A stretch of DNA of 64,000 nucleotides from Adineta vaga. Lineage: Eukaryota > Animalia > Rotifera. This document shows positions 49,701 through 63,263 of this stretch, piece by piece. Made by a program: the position numbers and the translations under genes. The stretch is from the NCBI GenBank assembly GCA_021613535.1, contig CP075493.1:1364001-1428000 (forward strand), given 5' to 3'. How positions within the stretch are numbered: the first letter of the stretch is position 1; each line of letters starts with the position of its first letter. The notes under the pieces are model-generated. The model ran no database searches. It saw nothing but the letters and a program-made list of their open reading frames with translations, and had not been told where the DNA came from.

Positions 49701-52700
49701 CAATTAGATTGTGTTACTGAAACGAATATTTCATCAGTTCATGTCACGGTAGATACAGTAGCAATGAATAATTTACTGAGTGATATTCAAAATTCTTCGG
49801 GAATTGGAGCAAATCCAATTGCTAAATTACTTACTAGTGGAAATCAAAATTTAGTTGGCCAAGTATTGACATCTGTTTCTCAACAATTTAATCAAATGAA
49901 TAGTGAAAATGCCAATAAAGCTGTTTCAAGTAAATTTTCATACGACACATTTGACATTGATTTTGATTGTTTGTTTCTTCTATAGATGGTATTCCAGCAG
50001 CGAGTATTTCAATCTCATCATTGGATAGTTCAAGTGGACAACAGGTAATTTTACCAATTGTGTATGTTTGACTTTTTTTCTTATTTGAAAATGCTAGACA
50101 TCAATACCATTGAATCAAACAGCATTGGACGAATATCAACAAGATTTAAATTCTTTTGCAACTGTTCGTGATTATCTCATTACATTTACATCAAATCTTT
50201 TGATAACATCAGTAAATAGTATTAAATTACAAGCATCATCATTAGCTCAATTAACAAAATCAACCAATGAATTAACACGAAAAACTTCCGTAAAATTTTC
50301 TTCATATATATATATATTTCTTTTTAAAACGAATTTTATTCTAGACGATTGCATCGGATCGATGTTATCAATTGGGAAAAGCTTTATATTCAATGAGAAC
50401 AAAAGTTGCATTTGAAGATGTTCAAATGGCAGCAACTGATCTTCTTCAATGTGCAACTAATCTTTTGAGTGTAAATCAGTTTTCATCAAATTTTATTTAG
50501 ATATATATATATTGTATGTATTTAGGCTACAAATGGACCATTACAACAACGAACCACTATTTTGGATTTAGATTCAATACGTGCTACAAAATTTCCAGAT
50601 GATTATGATACTGATCTTGAATTTGAATGGTCTAATCCAAGTAAGTCTTGATCAATCAGACGAAAATGATTATTATGATTTTCAAACTGTAGATTTATTT
50701 GCGGATGATAATGATTTTTCTTGGGAAACAATACAAAAGAATCGTAATGGTTATTATCAAAAGAAAATAGCAAATGAACTCAATACTAAAATGACTGAAT
50801 TGATTTCATTATTAACTTCAACATTAAATCTTCATTTAAATATTGGACAAGATTTCAATATTGATACACCACAAGTTCTAATGACTTTAGAAACAAAATC
50901 GAGTCAATTTCTTTCTACTCAATTTACCAAACAAGTCGGAAGTGGACAAGTTCAACTTCCAAACAATTTTAATTCTAATCTAAATAATCAAGACAAGATC
51001 TCCATTCGAGTAAGACTACTATTCCTTTTTTTTTGAAAAATTTATAGATGATTTTGTGTTTTTCAGTCTGTAATAGAACCATTAGCTTCATTTGGTAATT
51101 CAAAAGTATCATCAAACACAAATCTTTCGAGAACAATTTCATTTTCTATTCTTGATCAAAATCATAATGAAATTCCTATTCAAACGAGTCTTAATCAATC
51201 AATTGAAATTATCATTCCTCGTGATCCAAATCTGTAATTCCATCGATGACTTTACAAAATGTAACATCCATGAATTCGACACCTCATAATCTTTTATTTC
51301 ATTTGCATTATATGGACTTGAATACGGCACTTCCAATTTCAATTCATTGGGAAATTCAAACATTAAATATAAATCTTGCGTATTTATTTATTTATCGATT
51401 CGATCAAATTCCACAATTGAATAGTTCAATCTATCAAATCGATGGATGGGCAGTGTTTTGTCCTGCAAGTAAGTTTTCTTCGACTAATTAATCATATATT
51501 CTTCATTTTAATTCAATATAGATTTGAGTAATCAAAGTATCTATAAATATTTTCTTGATAATCAACGTACAACTGGTCATCAATCAATTATTTATGGTTT
51601 ACGAGAACTTAATTCTACCGAGATCAATCAAGCATGTTCGACTTCTTCAATAAATTCTCTTCCAATTACGGACAAACCATATAATTTTACCAACGATTAT
51701 GGATTAAGAATATATACATCAGGTTGTTATTATTTTGATAGTAATAATCAATGGAAAGCAGATGGATTAACTGTAAGTAAACGATTTTTATTCTTAAACG
51801 AAGAGAATATTAGATTGTAGGTGGGTCCATTAACAAATCATATTCAAACTCAATGTTTTTCGAATCATTTAACAACTTTTACAGGTGGCTTTGCTATTTT
51901 ACCTAAACCAGTCGATTGGAGTTATGTTTTTGCCAATGCTGATTTTATGAAAAATAAAACGGTTTATTTAACTGTCATTTGTGTTACAGTCATTTATATT
52001 ATTCTGATGCTCTATGCACGTTTTTTTGATAAAATAGATTTACAAAAATTAGGAGTCACAGTCTTACCTGATAATCATAAAGATGATCAATATTATTATC
52101 AAATTATTGTTTTTACTGGTCAACGAAAAGGTGCTGGAACAAAATCGAATGTAAGAGAATGAGAAATAAGAAGATGATCTCTATTTTTTCTTTATGATAG
52201 GTTCATTTTGTTATCCATGGTGATGATAATGATACATTGATTCGAACATTGGCTGATCCTCATCGGCGAATTCTTCAGCGTGGTGGTGTTGATGCATTTC
52301 TTATGAGTGTACCAAAATCTTTGGGATTATTGAATTGTATTCGTATTTGGCATGATAATAGTGGAAAAGGTTCATCATCATCATGGTTTTTGAAATATTT
52401 AATCATTCGTGATTTACAAACCATGGAAAAATCACATTTTATTTGTCAACGATGGTTAGCTGTCGAAAAAGATGATGGAAAAGTAAATGATTTCGTTCCT
52501 AACAGCACTATTTATCTGAGTTTTTTTTTAATAGATTGAACGGCTACTACCGGTTGCAAATGAATTTGAAAAACGTCGATTTTCATACGTATTAACCAAA
52601 CGAACTTATCATAGTGTATCTGATGGTCATTTATGGTTTTCGATCTTTTCTCGTCCACCTTCGAATCAATTTACACGTGTCCAACGATGTACATGCTGTT

Positions 52701-55540
52701 TTGTTCTATTACTTGTGTCAATGTTTCTGAATATTATGTATTATGATTTATCAAATGAAGCAAAAGCAGCTAATTCAGCAGAACAAAACAGTTTATCTTT
52801 TGGTGGTCTTTACATCAGTCCTCAACAAGTATGTTTGAATATTTCTTCTTTATTGATAATTTTTTCTTTCGTATATATGTATATTAAAAGATAATCATTG
52901 GTATAGTTGTCGAACTATTTGCATTGATACCAAGTTTGTTACTTGTACAAATGTTTCGACGTCTTCGTCCTCGTCGAAAACAATTATCACCATTACGGAA
53001 AGCTTTGTATCAAGTTAAACCAATTTCAGAAATGTTTGTAGAAAAGATAAGATGATGAATATATTCACCTAGCTATTCTTTTTTGTTTAGTAAAACTGAT
53101 GATGTTGATGAAAAGAAAAGTACTAGAAAATCTACATTTATGTTTCCATGGTGGTGTATCTTTATTGCATATGGATTATGTATACTTTTTGTTGGTCTTT
53201 CGATTTTATTTATCATTGCTCGTGGAATTGAATTTGGTGATGAAAAAACTCAAAAATGGTTAGCATCGATTCTTAGTAGTTTCTTCTCATCAATTCTTTT
53301 CACTCAACCGATTAAAGTAATATTTATTATCTTATGAAATTACATATGAACTCTCGATTTTATCATAGATTGTAGCATTGGCAATTTTCTTTGCTTGTTT
53401 TTGTTCAAAATCTAATGATGATGATAAAGAAGCAAATGAATTGTTAGATGAGAATCAAATTGATTTGGATCATGATGAAGAATATCTTCATAAAGTTGAG
53501 GTTTGTTTACAAGATATAATTTTAAGTTTAACAAAAACAAAATGTATATTTATAGAATAAATCTTTGTTCACGTATCGATCTCCGATTCGTGCAAATCGT
53601 TTGAATGCAAATGAAATTGTTTATCTTCGTCAAAAACGTTTAAAAGAAATTCAAATGTGGACCATTATTCGAGAAATCTCTATTTATGTTTGTTTTCTAT
53701 CGTTTCTCTATATATTAATCTATACTAATCGTGATTCGAATTCATTTTTACAAGTTGATCATTTACGAAAATATTTTCTCAATACAAGACAAACCAATTT
53801 AGATTATACAAAAGTGAGTTGATAATATCTTTTCTTGTTTTGAATAGAGTCAAGATCAATGCTTTTCAGATTGCAACTGTTGATCAATATTGGAATTGGT
53901 TGGAGAATAGTTTTTCAACAAATCTTCGTGCACAACAATGGTATAATGGTGAAGTACCTCGAAATTTAAGTGGTTTTATCGATGATAAATCGAATCGATT
54001 GATTGGTTGGGCAACTATGAGACAATTGCGAGTGAAAACAAGATTATGTTCATATCGCAGTTCATTATCTTTGACATGTCGAGATGATTACAGTTTCTCA
54101 AAAGTAGATAAACAATCCTATCAACCAGGATGGACTAATATCACATCAAATAATTATAATTCCTTCATTCAAGAAGCATTTAAATATAAATCAAGTGATG
54201 AATTTGATAGTTATGTATATGTTGGTGATCATGGAAGTTATGGAGGTGGTGGTTATGTTTATGAATTTCGTGGTCGATTAACTGATCTTCAAAGTAATTT
54301 ATCCCAACTTCATCAATTACAATGGATTGATAATCGAACACAAGCTGTGATGATTCAATTAACTTTATATAATCCAAATGTTCAATTATTTACTGCTGTT
54401 ACATTTCTTGTCGAATTCTTATCATCGAGTGGAGTTTTTCCTTCAGTTCGTTTTGAACCAATTAGTTTCTACGGTAATTTCAATTTTTGTTTTCTATTAG
54501 AAGAATCAAAAAATATTCGTCTGTATTTTTAGTATTTACATCAATTTATCAATTAGTTTGTACAATTATTTACATGTTATTAATCGTGTATTTCATGTTG
54601 ATTGAATTTCAATCTTTTTGTGATTTAAAATGGAGATATTTTCGAAAGTTTTGGTCCTATATTGAAATTGGAATAATTGCTTGTTCATGGTCAAGTATTG
54701 GAGTTTATATTTGGCGTTTTAGAGAATGTCAACGAATTGGAGATTTATTTAAAGAAACAAATGGATATGTTTATATTAATTTACAATTAACAACATATAT
54801 AAATGATATTTTATCATTTCTCTTGAGTTTTTGTTGCTTTTTTGGTACAATTAAAATGGTGAAAATTTGTCGTTTTAGTCAACGTGTTTATTTATTTATT
54901 CAAACTCTTCAATATTCTGCAAAAGAATTATTCTCATTTTTAACGATGTTTACCATTATTTTCATGTCGTTTCTTTGTTTATTTTATTTTCTATTTATTT
55001 CCAAATTATCCGAATGTTCAAGTCTATTAGGTACAGCAAGTATGTTATTTGAAATGACCTTAATGAAATTCGATGCACACGAATTAACTGCAGCTTCAGC
55101 ATTTCTCGGACCATTGTCATTCAGTTTATTTATGATTATAGTGGTGTTTATTTGTATGAGTATGTTTATTTCGATAATTAGTGATAATTTTCGTCGAGCA
55201 AGAGAAAATATTACGGGAAAGAATCAAGAAATGTTATCATTTATGTTAAAAACATTTATGCAATGGACCGGTAGGAAAGATTGATCAACTTAAATGAATT
55301 GTATAATTTTATTGTTTAGGATTGAAAAAAATCACAGAAGAAGATGTCCAAACACAAAAAGATGAACGAATGCGTTCGGAATATTATGATCCAATTGAAA
55401 AATTTCCCGACAAAATCGATCAATTATTAGATGCATTGAATAAAGTATGTTGATAGATTTTCGTAAGATTTATTCTTATGGCTCATTTCTAGATTTATGT
55501 CAATCAAACGAAAGATAACCCAAAATTAAAACAAGCATAA
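46737..55540 (+). CDS. Polycystin-1-like (PKD1L/REJ) protein with N-terminal NHL beta-propeller; one apparent -1 frameshift at ~51234
   Basis: Signal exon, NHL exon (46946-47812), Thr-rich linker exon, REJ exons (LNPGSYSVDPD), GPS (TSGCYYF...W...G...TQCFSNHLTTF), TM1, PLAT (CIRIWHDNSGKGSSSSWFL), HLWFSIF...FTRVQRCTCC, polycystin channel domain (WIDNRTQAVMIQLTLYNPN); stop at 55538-55540. Confidence 0.9.
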
Positions 55541-56339
55541 TCATCGGATGATTATGAACAACAAAATCAAGTTTATAAAATAAATAAATATTATTCTTCG
55601 TTTGTGCCGTTTTGTTAGATATTTAAAATACATATTAATCACGCTTATAATAATCACTTAAATCATACTATTTCTACGGCATGTCACACTCGAATGTTGG
55701 AAATAAAAATTTTATGAAAAAGAAACACAATGACGATTTTATTGATCTCTAAATCTTTTTCTGATCAATCTGATATAGATAGAAATATCTTCAATTCCAA
55801 AATAAAATTCATTGACTACAGAAAAAATAAAGAAAAGATTATAATCTAAATAACTGTTGCTGTCCATTCACTAATATTTGAAGAAATGAACTGTAGAAAA
55901 AATTCTTGTGTTTGTAACACTTACAATATATCTAGACTATTCTATATAACACTGCAATAAACAAGTCAAAAGATATATAGAAAAAGAGAGAGAGAGTAAA
56001 TAGAATGATAAGTGGAGAAGATATTCAAGCAAACCACAAGATAACATCAAATAATAGGTATATTCTATGAGATCAACAACGGCACTTTTATCTTTATCAG
56101 AAACAAACTCGACACATCTTGATTAAAAAAACGAAAGAAAAACATCGAAGAAAACAATTCATCACTACCTTCGATTACATCAAATGTTTCTTTTTTTAGT
56201 CCTCTCCGTTACCAACATTCTATACAGATAAACATACAGAGCATGATTTGATCCGACTTAAATAGCTCATCACACATTTGACAGACACAGAAAATGAAAA
56301 AAAGAATTGATTGTTTTGAAGAAGAAAAAGAGAAAATAA

Positions 56340-57899
56340 TCAAGAACTTGATGGTTCAACAACAGAAACAGTCGTCATCAATTTGGGTAAAACATCTTGA
56401 CAAAGAGATGACATACTATTTGAATTGCTATTATTGTTCTTGTCATTTCTAATAATATTACTACGAAATCGTTTGACAGCTAGAATAAAAAAAGATTTGT
56501 TTCTTTTTTCAAGAAAAATTCAATCAAAAGAAGACAAAACATACTCGGCGATGGGACTGATTCAATATCGATTTCTACATCATCATCATCTTCACTTAAC
56601 CGACGTGTTAAAGGTGAATTTCGATGATCTGATAAAACCGGTGATCGACTCAAATCAACGGAATGTTGTCGAATAATTGGTATTAACGGTACAAAAGCAC
56701 TTGGTGAATGATTTGGATTGACTAGTAAAGGTGTTGTTGTTAATGAAGGTGTTGAAAATGATCGAAGCGGATGAATATTGGGAAATCCATTTGATGATGA
56801 TGATGATGACATTGGAGCATTAGGATGATAAAATGGAAAAATAGGTGATGTTGGTGGAACATAATCAAAACGTCGTTGATAATAATCAGCAAGAAATGGA
56901 AGTGCAGCTGCATGAGGAAATGTCGCCATTGAACCAACAAAACGATTCATTGGTTCACGCATTTGCGATAAATGTTTTGAACAAAATCCATGTCGTTGTG
57001 ATTCTTTTTGACATTGATTCATTCCACATAAACGACGCCATTGTTTTCCATTGAATTTTTTTCGTATACCGGTATTTCTATAATAGAAAGTAGAAGAAGA
57101 AGAAAATGATCGGAAGGAAAGAAAGAAATGTTTTTTTTCCTTACCCCATTGTAAAAATATCTCCTTTTTTAACTCCTTCAAGTTTATTCATCGTTTGTTG
57201 TTGTTGTTGTTGTTGTTGTTGTTCACATTTTTCTAATTCTCGTTCGACTTCTTCATCATCTTCATCTTTCTGTTCCGCTGGTGGTGTTGGATATACATTT
57301 TTTTGATTATTTACTGGTAATTCAATCGAAATTGGTCGAAAGATGGAGAGATTTTGTTGATACAGACGTAATTCTTCATGCCATGGTTCAATTAATAAAC
57401 GAATATTTTGTCGGGTAAACCAAATATTTTCATTATTTTCTTGATGATCTTCTCGATTACTATTTTCATCTTTAAAATCAATTGAAAATTCTAATCGTGT
57501 CGGATGTTTTGATCGTATTCGTCCACAAAAGAATTCATTTGTATTTTCACTTTTTATTTGACGAACACATACAGGTGTATTAGTCACAAGATCTTGACAC
57601 GCTGGAATATTATCAATAATAATCGATGGATATTGTTTCGATATTAATTGATGAATATCAATAGTTATTGGTGATGATTGTTCATCACGTAAAGATATTT
57701 TAACAAGATGAGAATCGATAACATCAAGAATAATACCAAGATGATAATGATTTGGATTAGTTTTATCAATTACTAAGATACTTTGTTGACGCCATTGATT
57801 TGCATCTAATACAAACGATGATGATGAAGATGAAGGTGTCGGTGAACAACCTTGTTGTTGCCAACGTTTTTTCGGAGGAGAGACATCGTCATATGCCAT
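56340..57899 (-). CDS. Capicua-L N-terminal-module protein without HMG box, 3 coding exons
   Basis: Spliced [10 protein letters not shown][37 protein letters not shown] is the hallmark of the CIC long-isoform N-terminus. It is preceded by a Tudor-like region ending [15 protein letters not shown]. The last exon ends VVEPSSS*. Confidence 0.82.
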
Positions 57900-60404
57900 G
57901 TAATATCAACCTGAAATGAGAATACTCTACATATTTATATAGGTTATAAGTTAGGAAGAAAAAACAAGTGTGTATATGTCCACGGAATGTGACATCCGAA
58001 CGTGAGAGTAAACGGAGAACGCAAATTTTTCAGTTATTTATCGTCCATGGAATCCATAGTATGTCATTTATATCTCGCTTTCGTTTCGAGAAAAAAAAGA
58101 AAGCAATCTGCAGAGAGAGAGAGAGAAATCTATCGAACAATTATTAATAACTTATGATTGATGAAGCAAAAATGTATGGATTAAAAATTAGTAAAAAAAG
58201 GAAAATCTTTTTATCAGCTGACTAAGATTTGTCGATTTTAATGTAATTCGTAGGAAAAGTTTGTTGTCGAAAAAAATCGTTTTACAAAACATAGATTTCT
58301 CACTATAGAACGTACGATGTATTAGTCGTACGTTAAAAACAACATCTGTCTGTTTCTTTTCATCTAACATACGCAGGGCGTGTGTAAAAACCAGTTCTCT
58401 TTCTACTCACTTGAGCAACAATGAAAAGAAAATAAGAATAATATTCTTCTTGAAAAAAAAATTCAAAAACAATCGTCTTAGAAAGAAAAAGAAATGCTTC
58501 GTCAGTAGTTCTAATCTTTTAACAGAAATGAAATATTCATCATAATATAGCTATGAAATAAACAAAAAGATCTATCGTCAATTTATTAATCATATCTTTT
58601 TTCCCGTGCTCTTGTTTTCTCTATTACACGAATATCTTACAAAAGACGCAAAAACACAAACACTACTCATTAGTTTTCTTATCGTTAAAAACAGCAAACA
58701 ACTATGAAATTAAAGAAGATATATGAAACAAATAATGATAATGTGTGTCAAAGTGCAAAGCAATATTTTCTATTACTTACCTTTAGCTTTATCTTTGTCA
58801 ATAAAAAGAAAAACTAAGAGAAAGAAAAAAAAATGAAGTTGTTAGCTAAAAGAAATACTCGAAGAAAAAAGGACTATTTTCTTCTTTCAAAATGAACATT
58901 AAAATTAATATTTGAGCTTATATAACTATTTATAGAAACAAAGCATCTGATGATAGGATCTCTGACAAAAGAAGAAGGACAAAAAAAAACTACAACTGAC
59001 AATCAACTGTCGAAGATGTAAAATGTCTTCTTTCTTCTCTCGGTTTCTGTCGGGTTTTTTAGCACACATACACACACACAATATGATCAACTATCGGTTC
59101 TTTTTCTCTCTCTCTCTGTTTCTCTCATTATGTATTTTTGTCGCATTCTTCTCCTTTCTTTTTCTTCCAAAACACATACACTCGCATAAAAATCTCAGTT
59201 TATGGACATATTATAAGTTGCGCAAGGGGGTGGATGGAGTATACAACGAGTAGGTTCTTCGATTTACACATACACACGTAGTTGCGTACGTACACATACT
59301 GTTAATAATTACGTTCTTTTTCTGTTTTTCCTTGGATATATATTTTTTTCTTTTCTTCTTTCTTTTCTTGCTGTCGATATAATGTTGTTGTTAATAGTAT
59401 ACTGATGTGTACGTGACACAAAAACGCGACATATCATTCTTCGATTAATTTCATGTCTTTTTCTTCTGCAGATGATTAATTTATTTATTTAATGTAACTT
59501 TGATAAAGGACGAAAATTCGCATTTATTTTCAGTAAAAAGAAACAACACTAATCATAAGTTATTCCAATGCATTTTTAATAAATGTACTATTCTTCAAGT
59601 TCATAATGGAATTGTTTAATGCTATGATTGTGAACATGTTCTTATCAGTTCTTTATTCTCGATAGATACAAAGATAAAAATAACTTACATGAAAAAGAAT
59701 TCTATACTTAGATTTATTATTAATGATTGATGTTTGAAAAACATTTAATCCTTGAAACTTACCTATTACTAGAAAAAATAATATAGGAAATATTTTGTAG
59801 AAACTCGATTTTAGCTATGAAAAGATAGTTAAAATCTATACTAAGACAAACAGATTTAAAATTACGTTGAAAATTAAATGATGAAAAACAAGAATATTTT
59901 CCAGTTCTTCTTATTGTACTTCAGAAGTATAATTTTAACGGGTTCTTTTTTCATCACATGAATTTTATTGTTTTGTAGGAGGAATAACAGGTTTCATAAT
60001 AGCATTTTTGTTTTTTAGAAAAGTTATTGAAGAAGAACTTCTAATGTCATAATTACAATGGCTCTACATAAAAAAATATCTATTCCATTTCATATATGAA
60101 ACGTATTTACTTTCATTCTTTATAGACAATCTGTGTAAAGTATTCAATCTTATAATTAATTTCAGAATTACCTGCAAATCGTATCCTATGAAGGACAACA
60201 TTTTTTAAAGTCAATTAAATATTCTTAGGAAAAAGAACCCTTCTCATTCTAACGTTCATTTCACTCTTGCATGTCACTTTAAAGTATTCTTGGATCCTAC
60301 TTTCATTATTATTATAATACAGACAAGTTAACAAACAAAATAAAGCAACAGAATACTTCTTTGATGTATAAAAATAGTTAATAAGAAAAAATTCCGTAGA
60401 AATA

Positions 60405-60670
60405 AATATAGGATGAAGAAAAATGAAATGCAATGCTTTTCTTAAATGGAAAGGTATCATTGAAAGAAATACTCACTCTTGTTTAAGCATAGAATTTGTT
60501 ATTTTGAAAGATTTGTAGTATTAGCAGCACTCTTTGGTTTGATATCATCGTGTGACGTTTGTTGTTGGGTTTTATGTGGAAGTTTTTCTCTAAAGAAAAT
60601 AATGAAAATATCATAAAAACGTTTTATCAATCGAATAATTCACAGGAAAATCCTATAATTTTGTTGTTCA
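60405..60670 (-). pseudogene. Deleted tandem remnant of TBC1D24
   Basis: TTAAGCATAGAATTTGTT, GAAAGATTTG, ATATCATC and AAGTTTTTCT match 61830-62000. GATGAAGAAAAAT-AAATGCAAT matches the last codons at 61169-61191. The intervening TLDc sequence is missing. Confidence 0.7.
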
Positions 60671-61164
60671 CAATCATAGCGGTTAATAAGAGTCTAGAAG
60701 GATGTCTTAGAAGGTCACTAGCAATTTAATAGTTGGCAAGTAAAAATCTTAATGCGTCAGAAAAATAACAAACTTTTACTACACTATTCATAGATGAGAT
60801 ACTAATTTTTGACCAAAGGCTTTCCGATAAAGTCCAAGACTAATGATCACAAGATAACTAATTGTTCTTGTCGGGTTCTATCTGAATTCAAAATGAAAAA
60901 AAACAACGATAGTTTTGACACAATCTTGGGTACATGTGTCTAAACAAAACTAAGATTTTTATTCAATACAGACAGTCAATGATGTATACATCTGATACCA
61001 CTTAACATCATTATAATTTTATCTCAAGATTCACAAATACTTTTGTACTATTCGAACTTTATTTAGTCAATTAAATATTCTTGAATTTTTATTGTAATAT
61101 AAGACAAATCAACATACAAAACAAAAATAAATTCTTTTGTCCATATAAATATCTGATAATAAAA

Positions 61165-63263
61165 TTATGATGAAGAAAAATCAAATGCAATCATTTCCAA
61201 AGTTGAAATAGAAAAATATGTTTGAGAACAAAGTGGTTGATTATCAAATGTGTCACAATGTGTTGTAAGACCTTCACATAAATTTTGATCAATACATAAA
61301 CCATCACCATTTCTATAAGAAATAAAGAGAATACAATACAATCAATTCTATTTCATTACCCTCCACCAATAATTAATTTTTCGTTATTAACAAATAAAAA
61401 CATTTCACGTTTAGCTTGATTTTGACGATTGCTATCATTAGATTGTTGTCCCACCCATGGATATCGAGTTTCTTTTGGTACAAGTGTAAATAGAAATGAT
61501 TCACCAAAACCAAAATATGTTCGTTTATGACGATCAGACCATTGACCAGCACAAAATGCACCAAAAATCTATTCAAATCAAGTCATTTGTTTGCTTTCCT
61601 CGAAACAATCAACTTACTTCGCCATTTGTTGCTTTAACAATTAACAATGAATATTCGAGTTCATCAATTTTATTTAATAAAGTTTGTAAACGAAATCCAT
61701 GTTCTTCAGTTGTAAATACTAACATGGGTTGAGATATACTCAATCGTACTGGTAGCCAATTCCATAATATAAGAAACTAAATAAGAAAATGATTGTAATC
61801 TTATACGAAAATATATGTCATTAAGAGAAATACTTGTTCTTGATTAAGCATAGAATTTGTTGGTATGTTGATTTGATGTTGTGGTGTTATTGTTAGAATT
61901 TGTTGATTGAAAAGATTTGAAGTAGTATTGCTATTCTTTGATTTAATATCATCATGTAATGTTTGTTGACGAGTTCCACGTAAAAGTTTTTCTTCTTGTT
62001 CAATTAATTGTTCAATGGTACGTCGTTTAAAATTTCGAATATGAAATGCAATCTAATGAAAAGATGACCAGAAAAATAATCACAATTCTGTTTCTAAAAT
62101 TATTTACACGTAAAATTTGATCAATTGGTATAGAAATTTGTTGACAAAAATTAGTCATTGTCAAATGATTCTCATTCGATTGACGTTTGATTCCTTTTGA
62201 TCGACAAATGCATAGAAAATGAAAGAAATGAATCTTCTCTTTTTTTTCTACATACTTTTTGTATATAAATGAACAAGTGTTAAACTAACACGAAATAATA
62301 ATTTTGGTCCTTCCATAAGAAAACAATCGATTATCTTTACCTAAAATCAGTAGAATATGTCGATATAATTGAAATGAAATAGCTTGGAATTATATACAAT
62401 ATAGAAAAATGGTAAATAACGAAATATCCACCAAAACCATTCTTGATAAAAATCTTTTGAATATCGCGAATCAATAATATCAGCAGCAGATTTCTAGAGT
62501 AGAGACGAAGAAAAAAATTGATATAAATATTTAATAAAATTCAACATACATAATGTAGTCTTAATAACTTTTGAAATACATTACAATAAGCTTCCCATTG
62601 TAAATGTGTTTCTCCACAGAGCCAATTCTTTACTAATAAACGATTAATTAAATATAAAACTTCATATTCATTATGATAATGTAATAGTAATGCAGAAAAT
62701 GGTTGTAATGTTGGACAATAGGTGACATCAGGATGTTGTAAAGCAAATGTTGAAATAATTCGATGTAATATTGAACGACCTCTTGTTTCATTTAAATGAT
62801 AAAAACATAAATTGGTTGTATCAACAAATTTTGGCCATTGTGTATTAATAAAAGAAACTGAATTGAGATTATTTTCAACAATCATTGTTGATGTTGTTAA
62901 ACCTGTTTGCGATACATGACGACGTTGTTTTGATCTACTAACACGATTTATTGTTGATATATTCATCCATAATTGTCGACGTATACGATGATCAATAGGC
63001 CATAAAACTGAACGTATGAGATATTTTAAACGATAGAAATCATCATTTGGTACGGAATGTGATGTGACACTCAATGATGAATCAGTTGAATGGAATATAT
63101 GACTATTGGTATCATTCCAAGAAAGAAGATCAATAAGATCTTGATGATGATGATGTTTTTGAAGATTTTGTTGTTGTTGCGAAGTTAATGGTTTTCGAAT
63201 TTCGATTAAGAGATTATCAACAATAACATCATGATAGAATGGATGATTTATATCATTTGCCAT
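61165..63263 (-). CDS. TBC1D24: TBC domain + TLDc domain protein (TBC1D24/skywalker)
   Basis: TBC N-terminus (WPIDHRIRRQLW, HPDVTYCPTLQP...LLHY), DCFLMEGPKLLFRVSL, TLDc domain (FTTEEHGFRLQTL, GAFCAGQWSDR, FGFGESFLF, IIGGG, FSISTLEMIAF), stop at 61165. Confidence 0.9.

Noticed and set aside
23892-55540. A functional 'sensory receptor cluster' (rGC, GPCR, iGluR, PKD)
   Set aside because: These families are large in bdelloids, so co-occurrence in 30 kb is not evidence of a system.
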